Shown: positions 12,625 through 27,504, counted from the first letter of the stretch. The stretch is DNA of 64,000 nucleotides from Eledone cirrhosa (GCA_964016885.1 OZ024742.1:302932001-302996000), one strand, 5' to 3'. Program-made: numbers and translations. The notes: a model not told the origin generated them from the sequence alone.

Positions 12625-13010
12625 CAGTAAATGTGGTGGTCATGGTGGTAGTGGTGGTAGTGATGTGATGGTAATGGTGGAGGATGTGATTATGATAACG
12701 GTGGTGGTGAATGATTGCGTTGTTCTTGGCAGAGGGGTGATGGTAGTTGTGTTCGTGACAGTAATGATGATGATGATGGTAGTGGTGGAAGTGGTGGTGT
12801 GTGTGATGGTAGTGGTGGTAGTGGTGGAGGGTGTGATTGCGGCGACGGTGTTGGTGAATGATTGCGTTGTTCTTGGGAGAGGGATGATGGTAGATAGTAG
12901 GGGTTGTGTTTGTGTCAGTAATGATGATGATGATGATGATGATGGTAGTAGTGGTAGAGCTGGTTGAAAGCATGTCGAGGATGCTAATGATAATGACAAT
13001 GATGATAAAG
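12625..13010. repeat. Degenerate (GGT/GAT)n low-complexity region with an internal ~160-bp duplication
   Basis: GGTGAATGATTGCGTTGTTCTTGG occurs twice; His/Thr/Val-rich ORFs are artefacts. Confidence 0.8.
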
Positions 13011-13547
13011 ACAAAGCGAGTGAAAATATATAATAAAATAAATAAAAAATATCTTTAAAAGTAACAAAAACAATCAACTAGACACTACTATTTTACTGTC
13101 TCCCAAGATATCAACGACGTTTTCGGAAAGTTCTTTAGGGGCGTCTGTTTAATTCGATTTCATACTTGATTGGCAGCTGCGACCCACAATGAAGGAACAA
13201 CATCTATTTCAACAAGAAAAGCTGATGCAATGCGTGTATGGGAAGATAAAATAAAATAAATGAATAAATACAATAATAAATAAAATCTCTGATGTTAAAG
13301 ATAAAGTTTTGATAAATGAAACAGTAGTGAGGACGGTAACAGCTTCATTCATACTTAACAAGCTGATTAGGATATAATTTTAATTAGTGCCTTTTTTTTT
13401 ACCTTATGATAACGAAAAAAGGAATTTTAACCGAAATAATTATAATCTATTGTGTATTGTAGATAACTAATAACCAACAGGTAGTGGAGGTTTTGGAAAT
13501 TACATCATTTCTATACCAATGTATAAATGTAAATGTGTATAAGTATG

Positions 13548-13611
<64 letters not shown>

Positions 13612-13644
13612 TGTATATTTCTAAGCCATAATATAGATACATCT

Positions 13645-13792
<148 letters not shown>

Positions 13793-13794
13793 TT

Positions 13795-13825
<31 letters not shown>

Positions 13826-13842
13826 GTATGTATATATGAATG

Positions 13843-13891
<49 letters not shown>

Positions 13892-15159
13892 GTATATATA
13901 ATATATGAATGGATATATGTATTTATATGTATATATATATGTATATATATATGTATACATATGTATGTATACATATATATATATATAATATATGAATGGA
14001 TATATGTATTTATATTTATATAAATATACTTATATATACATATATATATATATATAATATATATACAAGATGTATATATATTATGGCTTAGAAATATGTA
14101 ACACTTATCTCAACTTTATGCGTACATTCGTCTAATATATATTTTTAATACCATGAATATATTAGAGATAATATATTTTGTTTACATGGTGTCAAAATCA
14201 GTACTCCAGATGCAGAACAAATGTACGTACAATGCAATAGATATTAGTTTTCTAATAAATCAGCACATACATATTTATATACTCTTAAGGATTCTAACTT
14301 TGCAATGTATTTTTCAACAGCAATGAAGATTGAAAAGCAAATTTTAGCAGTCTTGTTTCTACTGCGTTACTGCGTTAATATCGTATAATCAAATCTTCAT
14401 TCTCCTAAAATCTATATTTGTGTTTTAAGTACACACTATATGTTGAAAACGTTTCTCAAATATGTTAGCTTATATGAATGTGGGTCTATAATTATATCTG
14501 CATGTACGTATGTAAATTGATAACTGCCTCTGAGTTTGTCTAAATATGTGTAAATGTGTAGTTGTCTGAATGTGTTTGTATTTAAGTGTTAATGACACTA
14601 CATCAATTTATTCTGCATAAGTGTTGCCACATTTAGTATCGAGTTAGAAGCAAGGTACATTACAACGCTTGTTCGCAGCGTGCTGTCGAATAATATCTCT
14701 GTCGTACGCTAGCATCAATTTAAGAAATATTGCCGATCTGAAGTTTTATTGCCGACGTTGTGTGAGTCGACATCAAAGTAATTTGTTCAGTCGAATGATA
14801 TCACTTGTCAATGGTTTACAATTGAGCTTAACAAATATTAATGAGCATTTAAATGAAATTTAACCGAGTACTTTACCTTTATTTCGACTAATTCGGAAGC
14901 ATTAGAATTGTTATGGGTCACCAGGCGTGTAGTGGTTTGGTGAATGAGCTAGTCAACAGAATCTCTACGAAGATTCCAGCGAAGATCTATGAATATTTTC
15001 AGTTGAAGATTAACACATTTCAAGAGTATTAACTTGACTTTCTTTAAATATAAACACCACTCCATAAATATCGATTATATAAGTGTGGTGTTGTTGTTGA
15101 TTTCGTGGGTTTATTGTTATCCATATTTCCATGTCAATTTTGATGTAATGTACTTCCCT

Positions 15160-15380
15160 AATGGTTGCTAGCATAGACACAAGGCCAACAATTTTGTAGG
15201 GAAGTAGGATGTAGAGTATGTTGAACTCAGTCATTAACTTGTACTTTATTTTGTCGACATCGGAGGGATAAAAAGTAAATTTAACCTCGGTGGGATTTGA
15301 ACTCCGTAGTTAAAGAGCCGGGAAACATTTGTCCTCTAAACATTTGTGTGATGCCCTAAAATCTCTGCCAAGCCACCACT
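15160..15380 (-). mobile_element. Diverged tRNA-derived SINE
   Basis: TTAACCTCGGTGGGATTTGAACTC and ACAAGGCCA tail motifs. Confidence 0.7.
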
Positions 15381-15899
15381 ATCAAACGACTCTGTGATGG
15401 AAAAGATTTCAGTCGTGATTAAACTGTCATCGTTTTCTCCCAATCATAATATATTCCTGACAAAACTATTTACTGTCTTGCTTTTTGAGGACAGTAGTGT
15501 GCTATTTAATGGAGATTTGGCTGCTATTTCTAACTGAATCGTATAAGTTCAGTTTTTTTTTAATGCATTGTTAATTACGGAGATGGGATAGTTACCATGG
15601 TGCGTATCATGGTTTTCGAAAGTGTTAGTTGGAAGGGTAGGATTTATTTTCAAACTGCTTATCTGTCCTGAATACTAGTAACAGAGTGAAATCCGCTAAA
15701 AGCACCAATGGCTTGTGTTCGGGTTAAACCTTGTGGTGGATTTAGTTTAGCAGTGAAGTATGTCACAATGACATTTAAAATGAAAAGTCGAAAAATACCA
15801 CAAGGTTTATATATACGTAATAAATATATGTGAGAGCATGTGCTCAATTTTAGATGACACATGCAGAAGTGGATGGAATGTGGTAGTTGTAAAGTGTTT

Positions 15900-16230
15900 G
15901 AAAGCCATACCTATTGATTGTATCTGTAATTCAAAGAGCTAGTCATGTCATGCACTCTGTCGTGCTGAATCAACCCGAGAATTACGATAAAGGAACGTGA
16001 ATATCTAGAACTTTCAGCCAATTAAACTGTTTGGAAGCCCGTCAATTGGACTGAATCTACGATTCAAAGGGCCAGCCTTTTAACACACTGTGTTACGCTG
16101 AATCTCTTTGAGAACTAATTTAAGGGTGCACGTTTCTGGGGAATGCACCGTCATTTGAACCTTAATTTTATGAGCAGGTTGTTTCGTTGAACGACCAACT
16201 GGAACCCAAAGCGTCAAAACCGATGGATGT
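15900..16230 (+). mobile_element. Two degraded tandem pieces of another SINE body
   Basis: ATTCAAAG(A/G)GC..GCTGAATC..GAGAA(C/T)TA repeated twice. Confidence 0.45.
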
Positions 16231-16429
16231 TCGCTCCATATGTGTACCTATGTTAATGGGTTTCAGTTCAACACCCCGCTATAGAATTGAAGTACAATAT
16301 TTTAAGGAGCCCTGTTATCGAATGAAGTTCTGTGTAAAATTAATCAATCTGAGTTCAATATGACCACAGTCGATATGTCGGAAACAGCGAGAGTAATAGT
16401 TCAAATGTACCGTGATATATAAATATATA

Positions 16430-16692
16430 TAATAATAAAAGGACGATTTGTTATGTCTTCATTACGTTTATTGGATAGTGACGCGCGTTTCGCTATTGAT
16501 CAGCTCAAGGTTCGATCTGTATCAATCCAGCCCGACTCTGCCATTACCACAGCAGAGGTCCGACGACCTTTTGATTCCCGAGTCAGGTTACATTGATATA
16601 GATCGAACCTTGAGCTGATCAATAGCGAAACGTGCGTCGTCACTACTCAATAAACGTAATGAAGACATAACAATTCGTCCTTCTATTATTAT
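16430..16692. repeat. Long inverted repeat containing a half hammerhead
   Basis: 16430-16527 is an imperfect reverse complement of 16593-16692; contains AGC-GAAAC-GCGC-GTC. Confidence 0.75.
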
Positions 16693-16807
16693 AATTACAC
16701 TCTGCTTAGTTCTACATCTCTTTACTGACTGGACTGGAAACTACGTATCGAGTGCTCACTCAAGTGAACCTACAGTAACTGTACGTTAAATTCCCTATAT
16801 ATATATA

Positions 16808-17807
16808 TATCCGTTTGGACGAAGCTCGTTGAAGAAGTAAATTTCCTGTCCGCTGAATTCTAGAAGTCTTATATATTTATATGTGAGCTGATAGAGAACA
16901 GTTTAAGGATTTACAGAAACCCAAGAAGTTAGATTTAACATCTTCCTAGCGGGTCCGGGTATGTATTTTACATTCATTTAATTTATTGAATTATTGATAT
17001 TTTTTATCTGAGTGTCCCGAATCTTCCGTTATCGTAAATTTTCGATCGTGCGGTTGATTGTAGACTTGTTCTATGTGTGACGGTATTTTAACGATAGTTA
17101 TAGCTCTGATTTATCTAAATCAGTGAGCACTCTGCCGCTCATATCGAATTTTGTTTATCGTGAACTCGTACGCCGATTTTTCGATACTCAATCATTCTAA
17201 TATATTTAGCTCTAGACATAGCTATTGACCAGTTAATTTTATTGTTCATTTTTTGTCGATTCTATTGAGTGATGAATAGCTCCTGTTTATTTTAACATGT
17301 CTATTGAGCACTTTTATTCGATATGTGTATTTCCACATTTTCTCGAATAGTTTTCGCGGATGTAGAGGTCATCTCCCTTGCCGAATTCCATGTGCGTATT
17401 TAGCCTGGGTTATGCCCTTTTATCCGTTTGGACGAAGCTCGTTGAAGAAGTAAATTTCCTGTCCGCTGAATTCTAGAAGTCTTATATATATATATATGAG
17501 CTGATAGAGAACACTTTAAGGATTTACAGAAACCCAAGAAGCTAGATTTAACATCTTCCTAGCGGGTCCGGGTATGCATTTTACATTCATTTAATTTATT
17601 GAATTATTGCTATTTTTTATCTGAGTGTCCCGAATCTTCCGTTATCGTAAATTTTCGATCGTGCGGTTGATTGTAGACTTGTTCTATGTGTGACGGTATT
17701 TTAACGATAGTTACAGCTCTGATTTATCTAAATCAGTGAGCACTCTGCCGCTCATAGCGAATTTTGTTTATCGTGAACTCGTACGCCGATTTTTCGATAC
17801 TCGATCA

Positions 17808-17814
<7 letters not shown>
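16808..17814. repeat. 613-bp-period tandem repeat, about 1.6 copies (family D)
   Basis: CCGTTTGGACGAAGCTCG at 16811 and 17424; flanked by (TA)n. Confidence 0.9.
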
Positions 17815-17881
<67 letters not shown>

Positions 17882-17928
17882 TAATAATGGTGAAAGCAGC
17901 GATTCTATGGTTAAACTTTAATCTGTTA

Positions 17929-17974
<46 letters not shown>

Positions 17975-18059
17975 ATGATACATGACATACCCTGACATGT
18001 TAGATGGTTAAGATGAAATCTTAACCATCTAACACGCATACATACATATATATACACAC

Positions 18060-20140
18060 ACATAAATATACCTACTCCTTCCAACACAACTTATACCAAA
18101 CTGCTTATAGATAAAATCGAACAAGTCGTTAAAAGAATGAAATGGAAGGCAATGGTTTAGGATGGACTATTCAGTGCTATTGCAAATGGTTGTTTTGACA
18201 TTAAATCCCGCAAATACCCACTTAGAATTAAAGACATGGCCAACTTCGAATTGGACCTTGTTAATTTAATTAGTGAAATTAAATTTCGTAAGTACAACAA
18301 TAACTTTCAAACTAAACTTTCTAACGATATTTCTAATTTTAAAAATTCTACAAACACTTTTTATTCTTTCCGATAAAGCTAAAAATCTCTTTGAAGTAAA
18401 TAGTATTTTGTATAACCAACTCCTAACAGATAGTATCACCAACAAATATCAATTAGCTAACAATAACACCTACAATAAAGAAGCTAAAAACATAGCTAGT
18501 ATTTTAAAAATAGACAACCGGATTGAAAGCCTAGCTAAACGTAAATAATATATTACCCTTAAAGACCAAAAATCAGACTTCCCTAATCGACCTAGCTGTA
18601 GACTAATTAACCCGGCTAAATCTGAAGTTGGCCTTGCAAGTAAAAAAATCTTAAGAAAAATAATACTGCAAATTAGAACTAAGACTGACTTATCACAATG
18701 GTTAAATACATCCTCTGTTATTTCTTGGTTTAATAATATACAAGGTAAAAATAAGTGTAGATTTACCCAATTTGATATTGTTGATTTTTTACCCCTCTAT
18801 TACTGTTACCTTATTAACAAAAGCCTTAGATTTAGCAAGACCTTTAATTAATATTTCTAAATTAGAAGAAGACAATATCTTTCATGCTAGGAAAACTCTA
18901 CTCTTTACTAATGAAAGTATTTGGGTTAAAAAGTCAAGCCCTGAACACTCTTTTGATGTTGCGATGGGTTCATATGACAGTGCTGATGTGTGCGACTTAG
19001 TAGGATTATTCCTTCTCCACACCCTTAAAGAAAAATATCCTTCCCATAATATCGGTTTATACCGAGACGACGGATTGGCAGTTTCTCATACCATCAACGG
19101 CCATAACATTGATAAATTCCGTAAAGATTTAATCAATACTTTTGCTAACCTAAACCTTAAAATTACTAATGCTGACTTTCTTGATATTAATCTTGATCTA
19201 CTTACTGCCTCTTTTAAACCTTATCATAAACCTAACGAGAATCTAAGATATATACACAAAGAGTCGTGCGATTCCCCTATAGTTTTAAAATATCTTATTC
19301 CTAATATTAGCCGTAGGATTTCTACCTTACCTTCGTCTCTAGACATTTTTAACAAAACCGCCCCTTATTATAATAAGGCCTTCAATAACAGCGGCTTTAC
19401 AGGACATATTAAATATTTACCTACTCCTCCCTCTAAAACTAATCACAATAATAGGAAAAGGAAAATGATTTGGTTTACACCCCCCTTCTCTCTACCTGTC
19501 AAAACTAATGTAGGAAGGGAATTCTTCGACCTCCTAGACAAACATTTCCCCCCTAATCATAGATATAAGATATTTAATAGAAATGTAGTCAAAATCAGTT
19601 ACTCTTGCTGTCCATCAATGAAGACTAAAATTACCAACTCTAATCGTATGAGAGTAAATCCAGGATGCAGTTGCAGGAAGCCGGAAGAATGCCCATTACT
19701 TGGCAAATGTAATACTAGTTCCGTCGTGTATGAGGCCAAATTGACACCGTTGATTAACAACCAGCCAGTCAGGAGTGAACGATATGTTGGCATGACTCAG
19801 GACAGGTTCAAAACCAGGTTTTATGCACATGTCGAGTTAAACAAGATTCAATGAGTACATCAAAGAATGAGTTTTACAGTAGATTGGAAGCACTCTACCG
19901 AAAAATATTTTCCAGAGTTATTAATATTAATTCAAATATTAACAAAATAGATATTCTTGTGATCAATTAAATTGTATTATACATATTTCAGAAGTACTGA
20001 ATCAAGTTCAACATGTCATGTACCATTTTATTTTATCTGATGAGGACGTACTGTTGAACTTGATTCAGTACCTCTGAAATATGTATAATAAAATTTAATT
20101 GATCACAAGAATATCTATTTTGTTAATATTTGAATTAATA
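18060..20140 (+). mobile_element. Penelope-like element (YRDD type, probably Nematis-like), degenerate
   Basis: ORF 18772-19854: MGSYDSADVCDLVG, GLYRDDGL, WFTPPFS, CSCRKPEECPLLGKC, VVYEAKL..YVGMT (GIY-YIG); upstream frames TLKDQK..CRLINPAKSE; inverted terminal segment 19925-20140. Confidence 0.85.
20031..20093 (+). ncRNA. Hammerhead ribozyme motif at the PLE 3' end
   Basis: TTTTAT-CTGATGA-GG..GTACTG..CAGTAC-CTCT-GAAAT-ATGT-ATA-ATAAAA. Confidence 0.6.
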
Positions 20141-20499
20141 TATATATATATATTTATTTTATTTTGTTTTGTGCATTTGCTTACCATGTGTGTTTGTTTA
20201 TTTATTTTTATTAGTGTTTTTTCCTCTTTCGTATCGCTGTCAACTTGCTAATCTTTTATTTTTTTATTTTTATATTTGACTTTATTTTTTATATTTATTA
20301 TTTTGATTTCATGTATATGGATTTATCTTTGCCAGTTGATGTGACTGCTTATTTTAGTATATGCGCATGGACGAGTATGTATATGTTTGTTTATTTATTT
20401 TTATTTATTTTTATAATTATGTGTGTGTGTATATATGTATGTGTATATATATATATGTATATATATATATACATGTGTTTGTGTATTTATGTGTATATT

Positions 20500-20560
<61 letters not shown>

Positions 20561-20666
20561 ATATACTTATATATTTATAATCTTTCTTTCTTCTTCCCTC
20601 AGCCTCACTTTCATATTTCTTATATTTTTGTTTTCAAATCCACATTCAATAAAAACACCAGGATTT

Positions 20667-20726
20667 TTTCATTCTGACGACTGAAAGCAGATTTGTTTGC
20701 TTTCAAGAAACCACTGGTAAATGAAA
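20667..20726 (+). ncRNA. Type I hammerhead ribozyme motif
   Basis: TTTCATT-CTGACGA-C-TGAAAGCA-gatttgtt-TGCTTTCA-A-GAAACCA-C-TGGTA-AATGAAA; all three stems pair. Confidence 0.75.
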
Positions 20727-20755
20727 TAATTATCTTATGTTGTTTATTACATAAC

Positions 20756-20792
<37 letters not shown>

Positions 20793-22271
20793 TTGTGTAT
20801 ACACCTTTTTAATTTACCTTAAAATCTCTCCATTTCCTTCTTTTAGATTCATTTCGAATTGTATGCAGTGATGATGTACCATGACTCGCTACCATCATTA
20901 ACGAAGAGAAATTTTAATTATCACCTACATTTGACCACATTCAAACAATGAGTACATGACAACACAATAGCGGTACTATATCTGAACACATACTTTAATT
21001 AGTGTCAATACAATGGCAGATTGTGTAACTTATTTGTTACAAAATTTAATGAAAGTCTACTAAAATTCATGAATAATGTATAGAAAGACAAGTGTAGCAT
21101 AAAGACGTATGTTCGCGGTCTGTACCTACGAATCTATGAACAAAAGCTCTGTTCAAATGTATTGAAATATATGCTTTCCTTCATTGTATTGAAGCGAATT
21201 AGTGCGCTTGACTTACAGATTTCTATATCTATAATTCAAATTAATTGAATATCTTCAGTATCCTTTTCACTACACATTCATTAGGCAACATTTTATGCCG
21301 TTCTTTAAACCATGTAATATCTTGTACGCAGTTAAATCGAGATGTATTTAAACAATTTATCGCAATATGAATGTAAGTATATTCGTTACGAGGTCAATAG
21401 TTACGAATCATCTTAACTGCTTTATTCATGATTATTCTTTTATTAAACTGTAAGATGGAAACAATCAGATAATTTTGTATTATCAAATAGGTTTGTAGAC
21501 AGATGTTAGGGCTTAATATTAATATTAATAGAGTTATTATCATTCACTCGCCTCATATTGATTGCACTATAAAGAAAATCTTATTTAGGTGTTGATATAT
21601 TTTGATATATTTTGATAACATAAACATTTAAGCAATACAACCTGAATTTAAAAAGAAATCTACAATATTTGATTTCCCCCCGCAAAATTAGAAAGAGCAC
21701 CGTGAATTGGATTGGCCGTTGCAGCGGGGTCTCTGGGTATTCTTTACGGAATTGCTTAGGCCATCATGGTTTTAGGGTGCAGCTAACGTATACCACATAA
21801 ACAGAGATGCAGAATTTATCCTCCCCCTCCTATTCCTCTTTTAATACATTTTATTTATCTCCCCTTGAATCTCAATTAGTTCTACTTTTCCTGTTTGTTC
21901 TGTTAATCAATTATAAGAAATACGTTCATCATGGTATACTTCGATTCAACAATAAATAGGTAGGACTTTTGCCTTATAAATTCTTATATACTTTTCCAAA
22001 TCTGGATCTATAGTGAGGACCGCACATTTAATATTCCACAACGCACCAATGAATGTATGTATCAAATGTAACATTACTATTTTTAAGGGTCTAACTATTA
22101 TCAAATAACCTCTCACTTTTCCATATACATATGGTAATTTGGCGGAAAGAATATCTTGTTGCGCCTAAGTACGCGACAAGTTATTCTCTCTACCAAATTG
22201 CATATGACCATATTTACCAAGTATCCACCGCAAAAAATAATTTATGATTAGATATATATATATATATATAT

Positions 22272-22336
<65 letters not shown>

Positions 22337-22357
22337 CAGAAACACACACACACACAT

Positions 22358-22400
<43 letters not shown>

Positions 22401-23019
22401 TCCTTATTAGTTGATGCTGTAGCGGTGTAGTACTACGACAACTCCCACAGTTAATTCAACACTATTCGCTCAACATAGCTGTGATCCTCAGATACAGTTA
22501 TTGATTGTCTGTGATAAATTAGTTTGATCGGCATATCTGGTGAGTGTAGTTGTCAGTAAAACTGAAGGTATGTCTGATATAGCCACTGTACAGCAATGAT
22601 CACAGATGAGTCTTATGAGTAACTTCATTTACAAACTATTTTCAATATATAGGGCACAGTTTGCTGCAACTGCTGGACCTCAATCTCTTAACAAGTCGTG
22701 CTCCCTTCTTCTAGTGTTCCAACTATTACAGAACCGAGCTTATCAATTCCTAATGTTGATCTATTGTTTTTTTGTTTGAATAGCGATGAATTTTCAACAA
22801 AGAATTGGTTTCATGAGTTCTATCAGAGACGTAATGAAGGCTTATGAATTCAGCCTCTCTCTCTCTCTCTTTACTCACGTACACAGACAGACACAGACAG
22901 ACACACACAGAGAGAAACAGAGAGAGAGAGAGACACATATATATTGGTGAGGATAGATGGAAACAGAAAGTGTGAAGGATGTGGAAGGAGGAAATCGAAC
23001 AAGGCAAGCTATCATGTAT

Positions 23020-23200
23020 AACACTCTAATATGAAATACGTGACAATGTAGTTTATAAAATATAATTCCTTGATCAACCTTTTCGAAGGCATCTGCAAGC
23101 TGGAGATATATCACATCCACGTTTTAGCGGTTTAGCAACGGTTTCGGTACTCAGTGATATTGGTATAAAGGCTGTGGTAGGTAGCTTTTTCCCAGACGAA
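23020..23200 (-). pseudogene. Old CR1-group RT fragment
   Basis: DVIYLQLADAFEKVDQGIIFYKLH resembles DVIYLDFAKAFDKVDHGMICHKLH at 32.5 kb. Confidence 0.65.
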
Positions 23201-23274
23201 TAATGATGAGACAAAGTGAAAATAAATATGAATATATATCTGCACGCCATTATGCACTTGTGCACATGCATTTG

Positions 23275-23387
<113 letters not shown>

Positions 23388-23445
23388 CACATACATACAC
23401 ACACACACGTACACATCTATATATATATATATTATTATTATTATA

Positions 23446-23494
<49 letters not shown>

Positions 23495-24226
23495 CTCTAT
23501 TTATGCGTGTATGTGTATGTCTGTAAGCATCTTTGTATATTGTATTTTCTTTTCAGACAACGTCACGTTAATAAATATTGCTTTCATATAGTAGTTGCCA
23601 GGGTGAGATGATAATTATACACCTTCTCTATTGATATTTCCCATTCTATGAAGTGTCCAATCAACGGTCTTCAATATTGTAACCAATACTGTTATTGCAA
23701 ATGTATTTTCAGAATATTGACATTTAATACAACGAAAATTCTAATTATCATACTCTCACTGCCTGGTATAGAATAATTTTAGATGAAATACTTTTTATTT
23801 ATTATACTGTATTATGGGAGATATATTTTCGTCAATATTGAAATAAGTATAGTATTATATTCTCCTAAAAATGTTTGTTGTCCAAATTGCAAATTTTCCT
23901 GTCTGGAATATACGTATATATCCTTGGGAAGAATGTATTGGGATTATATTTTATCTTCTTATATACCACAATCTACTAGCATATAATTTACAGTCGTTAA
24001 AAGTTACGTCACTATTTACTTTTATAATAAACAACACTTATAGAGTTTCTCTTTTCAATCTGGCGCAGGCATGGCTTTGTGGTTAAAAACATCGTTTCAC
24101 TATCACGTGCGGTGCCGGTTGGATTGGTCGTGTCAGGTTATAACTGGGTAAAATGTGACTGTAATTTGAAAGATGAAAAACATACGTACATGACATGGAC
24201 CTCACCTCATAATAACATTGAATGCA

Positions 24227-24284
<58 letters not shown>

Positions 24285-25352
24285 ACGCACACGCACACGC
24301 ACACGCACACGCACACACACAAATACACACACACGCACACACACAAACAGACAGACACACACACACACACATATATATAGCTAAATGATGAGGCTTGTTA
24401 CACTGGGGTTATACCTGTCGCGCTTGATGATCCTAGCGATGCTCAGAATAACTCCAGAATAACAAGACACACCACTTAGCCATAATACAAATATTTAGAC
24501 TCTACTTCGGTATTGAATACTCATTCTCACGTCCATCAGTATTAACTGGCTGAAGAAAACATAGGTCAGAAAGGCACGAGGCAGAATGGTTACTAAAGCA
24601 AACATGCGCATACATTTTTCCAACACATAAGACCAGTTTGGGAGGAAAACTCTGAAAACTCTAATCGTTTGTTTGCTTTGTCTTGAACAGTTTTAGCTTC
24701 GCATCTGAAAATGGGGTAATAGTCCTGAAATATACTGCTAAAATATACTCTAAAACATTATTTGTTTTGTTTTCTTTCAATTACCTTCATTTTCCCTTCG
24801 TATTTCTTACCGCATTGTACAGCCTTTTCAAAAGCAGTCCGTCAATAAATCGACAGCTGGGTGAGCGGGGACTGTAGTGTAGAGGGAGACAACGTCGAGG
24901 CTAAAAGCGTATTTATTTAGTTTAAGTTGTTCTGGCTGGAGTTGGTATAGTCTACGTATAACTTCGTCGGAGCTACTGACGTGCCCGGGGAAGGTGGAGA
25001 GTAGAGGCTTGAGGACCTGGGAGAGAAGCCAGGAAATTTTGTATAGGGGTCCTTCTATGCTAGAGACGATGGGTCTTATTTGCGTCTTAGTGCTATTCTT
25101 GTGGGTCTTGATGAGGTGGTAGAAAGTGGGCAGTCTGCTATTTCTAGTGGTGTAGTTGAGCTTAACTGAAATGCCTACCAACTGAAATGGATATCGACTC
25201 TCGACAACAACACCACGGAATCCACCACACCCAGATTCCCGATATACCAACTAGATCGCCCACTCTATCCACCGCCCGCCAACCGCGAGCTGGAAGAAAA
25301 ACTCTCGAGACTAAAACATTCCGTATTTAACATCTTACGGAAACAGAAGAAG

Positions 25353-27075
25353 ATGGCCCCAAACCTCTCCAGGACACAACAACTCGCCCTGAAGAACCTA
25401 CGGAATAAGGAACTTATTTACTTACCATCCGACAAAGGTAAAGAGTTCTGCGTCATCTCTCAAGCCACGTACAATAACCTAGCCTTCGAACACCTTAGCG
25501 ACAGTGAATTATACACAGTGATCCCGGACATGACTGCAGCCCAAATCGAAAAACAGACCAACTTCATTTGGTTCGATATCTGTAGGAGAAGACAACTCCC
25601 GAATAAAGTTAAGCTCAACTACACCACTAGAAATAGCAGACTGCCCACTTTCTACCACCTCATCAAGACCCACAAGAATAGCACTAAGACGCAAATAAGA
25701 CCCATCGTCTCTAGCATAGAAGGACCCCTATACAAAATTTCCTGGCTTCTCTCCCAGGTCCTCAAGCCTCTACTCTCCACCTTCCCCGGGCATGTCAGTA
25801 GCTCCGACGAAGTTATACGTAGACTACACCAACTCCAGCCAGAACAACTTAAACTAAATAAATACGCTTTTAGCCTCGACGTTGTCTCCCTCTACACTAC
25901 AGTCCCCGCTCACCCAGCTGTCGATTTATTGACGGACTGCGTGGTCGCAGAGAACATCCACTGCTACGGCCTCCACCCGACGGACATACACCAGCTTTTG
26001 TCCTTCACAGTAGACAACACGTACTTCACCTTCCACCACCACACATACAGACAGACAACAGGATTACCCATGGGATCCAGCCTTTCAGGCCTGCTGGCCA
26101 TCACCTACATGAACCAGCTAGAATGCCGAGCCCTCAACACCTGCCATTCCCATGCCTTCTTCACCCGATATGTAGATGACATACTCATCCTTACATCATC
26201 CCGTGAGGGGGCAGAGAAAATATACACAACATTCTCCAGCATGGACGCCAGTATAAAGTTCAGCATGGAACACCCCGATGACCGCGGATCTCTATCCCTA
26301 CTGGACTTCCAACTCAGGGTAACAGAGGAAGGCAACATCCACACCTGCTTCTATAAAAAATCCGCCAGCAGGGACCTGTTCGTGCATTTCAGATCGGCCC
26401 TCCCACTCGGTGCCAAGTTCGGATACATAAAGAACGAACTGGCACGTATCAAGAACAAATGCACCGACGCCAGAGACCGAGACACACACACCATACATTT
26501 CCTGGAAGTACTCAAACTGAACGGATACACGACATCCACCACAAACCGTGCCAGAAAGAACAGAGGACACCACACCCGAGGCACTAACACTTGCTTCCTG
26601 AAGCTCCCACACTTCAGTGAAAAAAACAACAACAGCCATCCGCAGAGCCATCAGACGAGAGGGACTGGATATCCAACTTGCCCATTCGGGTCCTCTGCGC
26701 GGACGGCTGGCCAAGAGACACTCCACCAGACATGACAACTGCTGCAGACTAGCCAACCGCCCCATCAACGACACAGACCTATGCCACCAGGCTTACGTAG
26801 TATACAGACTAGAGTGTGACAAATGCAACAACTTCTACGTAGGTAGCACCACCAGACCACTCCACATAAGAATAAAAGAACACCTCAATACTAACGCTTC
26901 CTCATTTAAGAAACACCTAGTTAAATGCAAAAACACCGATAAAAACATAACAGTTAGGATAGAAACTAAGGAAAGAAACCTCGGCAATCTTAGAATTAAG
27001 GAAGCACTTATTATAGATAAAACACATCCACCAATCAATAATAGACTAGAGCTCAACACCCAATTTATAACCTGA
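25353..27075 (+). pseudogene. PLE reverse transcriptase and GIY-YIG endonuclease, one frameshift near 26620
   Basis: PSDKGK, IRPIVS, SLDVVSLYT, GLPMGSSLS, TRYVDD; second frame VVYRLEC..YVGSTTRPLHIRIKEH..KEALII..N. Confidence 0.9.
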
Positions 27076-27467
27076 TAGGGCCTCTAGCCCCATATTTACA
27101 CCCCCCCCACACGCACGCGCACACACACACGCTTACACCTCCACTTATTCTCTCTCACACATACACACACAAAACCAGTTCTAACACCAGATAACACCTA
27201 CCCCCCACTTTTACGAATAGACCTATCTTCCCACACTCACACACACACACCCACATACCTTCTCCCACACACATATACAGGCACGTATATAAAATAAAAA
27301 AAAAAAATAAATAAATAAACCCTAAACAAACCCCTCTTAAAGGGAGACTACTCTTTTTCCACCTAATTTTAATTCTTTGATATTAGAGTTAGAACAGATA
27401 CTCTATACTATTTCCGGTCAGAATGGCTTGGCTAGAGATTTAAGACGCTGGTTTGAGACCTTTATTT

Positions 27468-27504
27468 CCCTCCGAAGAAGAGATATTATCTCGAAAATTA
27501 AGGA
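27468..27504 (+). ncRNA. Variant hammerhead motif (CCGAAGA core) in the PLE 3' repeat
   Basis: CCT-CCGAAGA-A-GAGA-tatta-TCTC-GAAAATTA-AGG. Confidence 0.5.
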
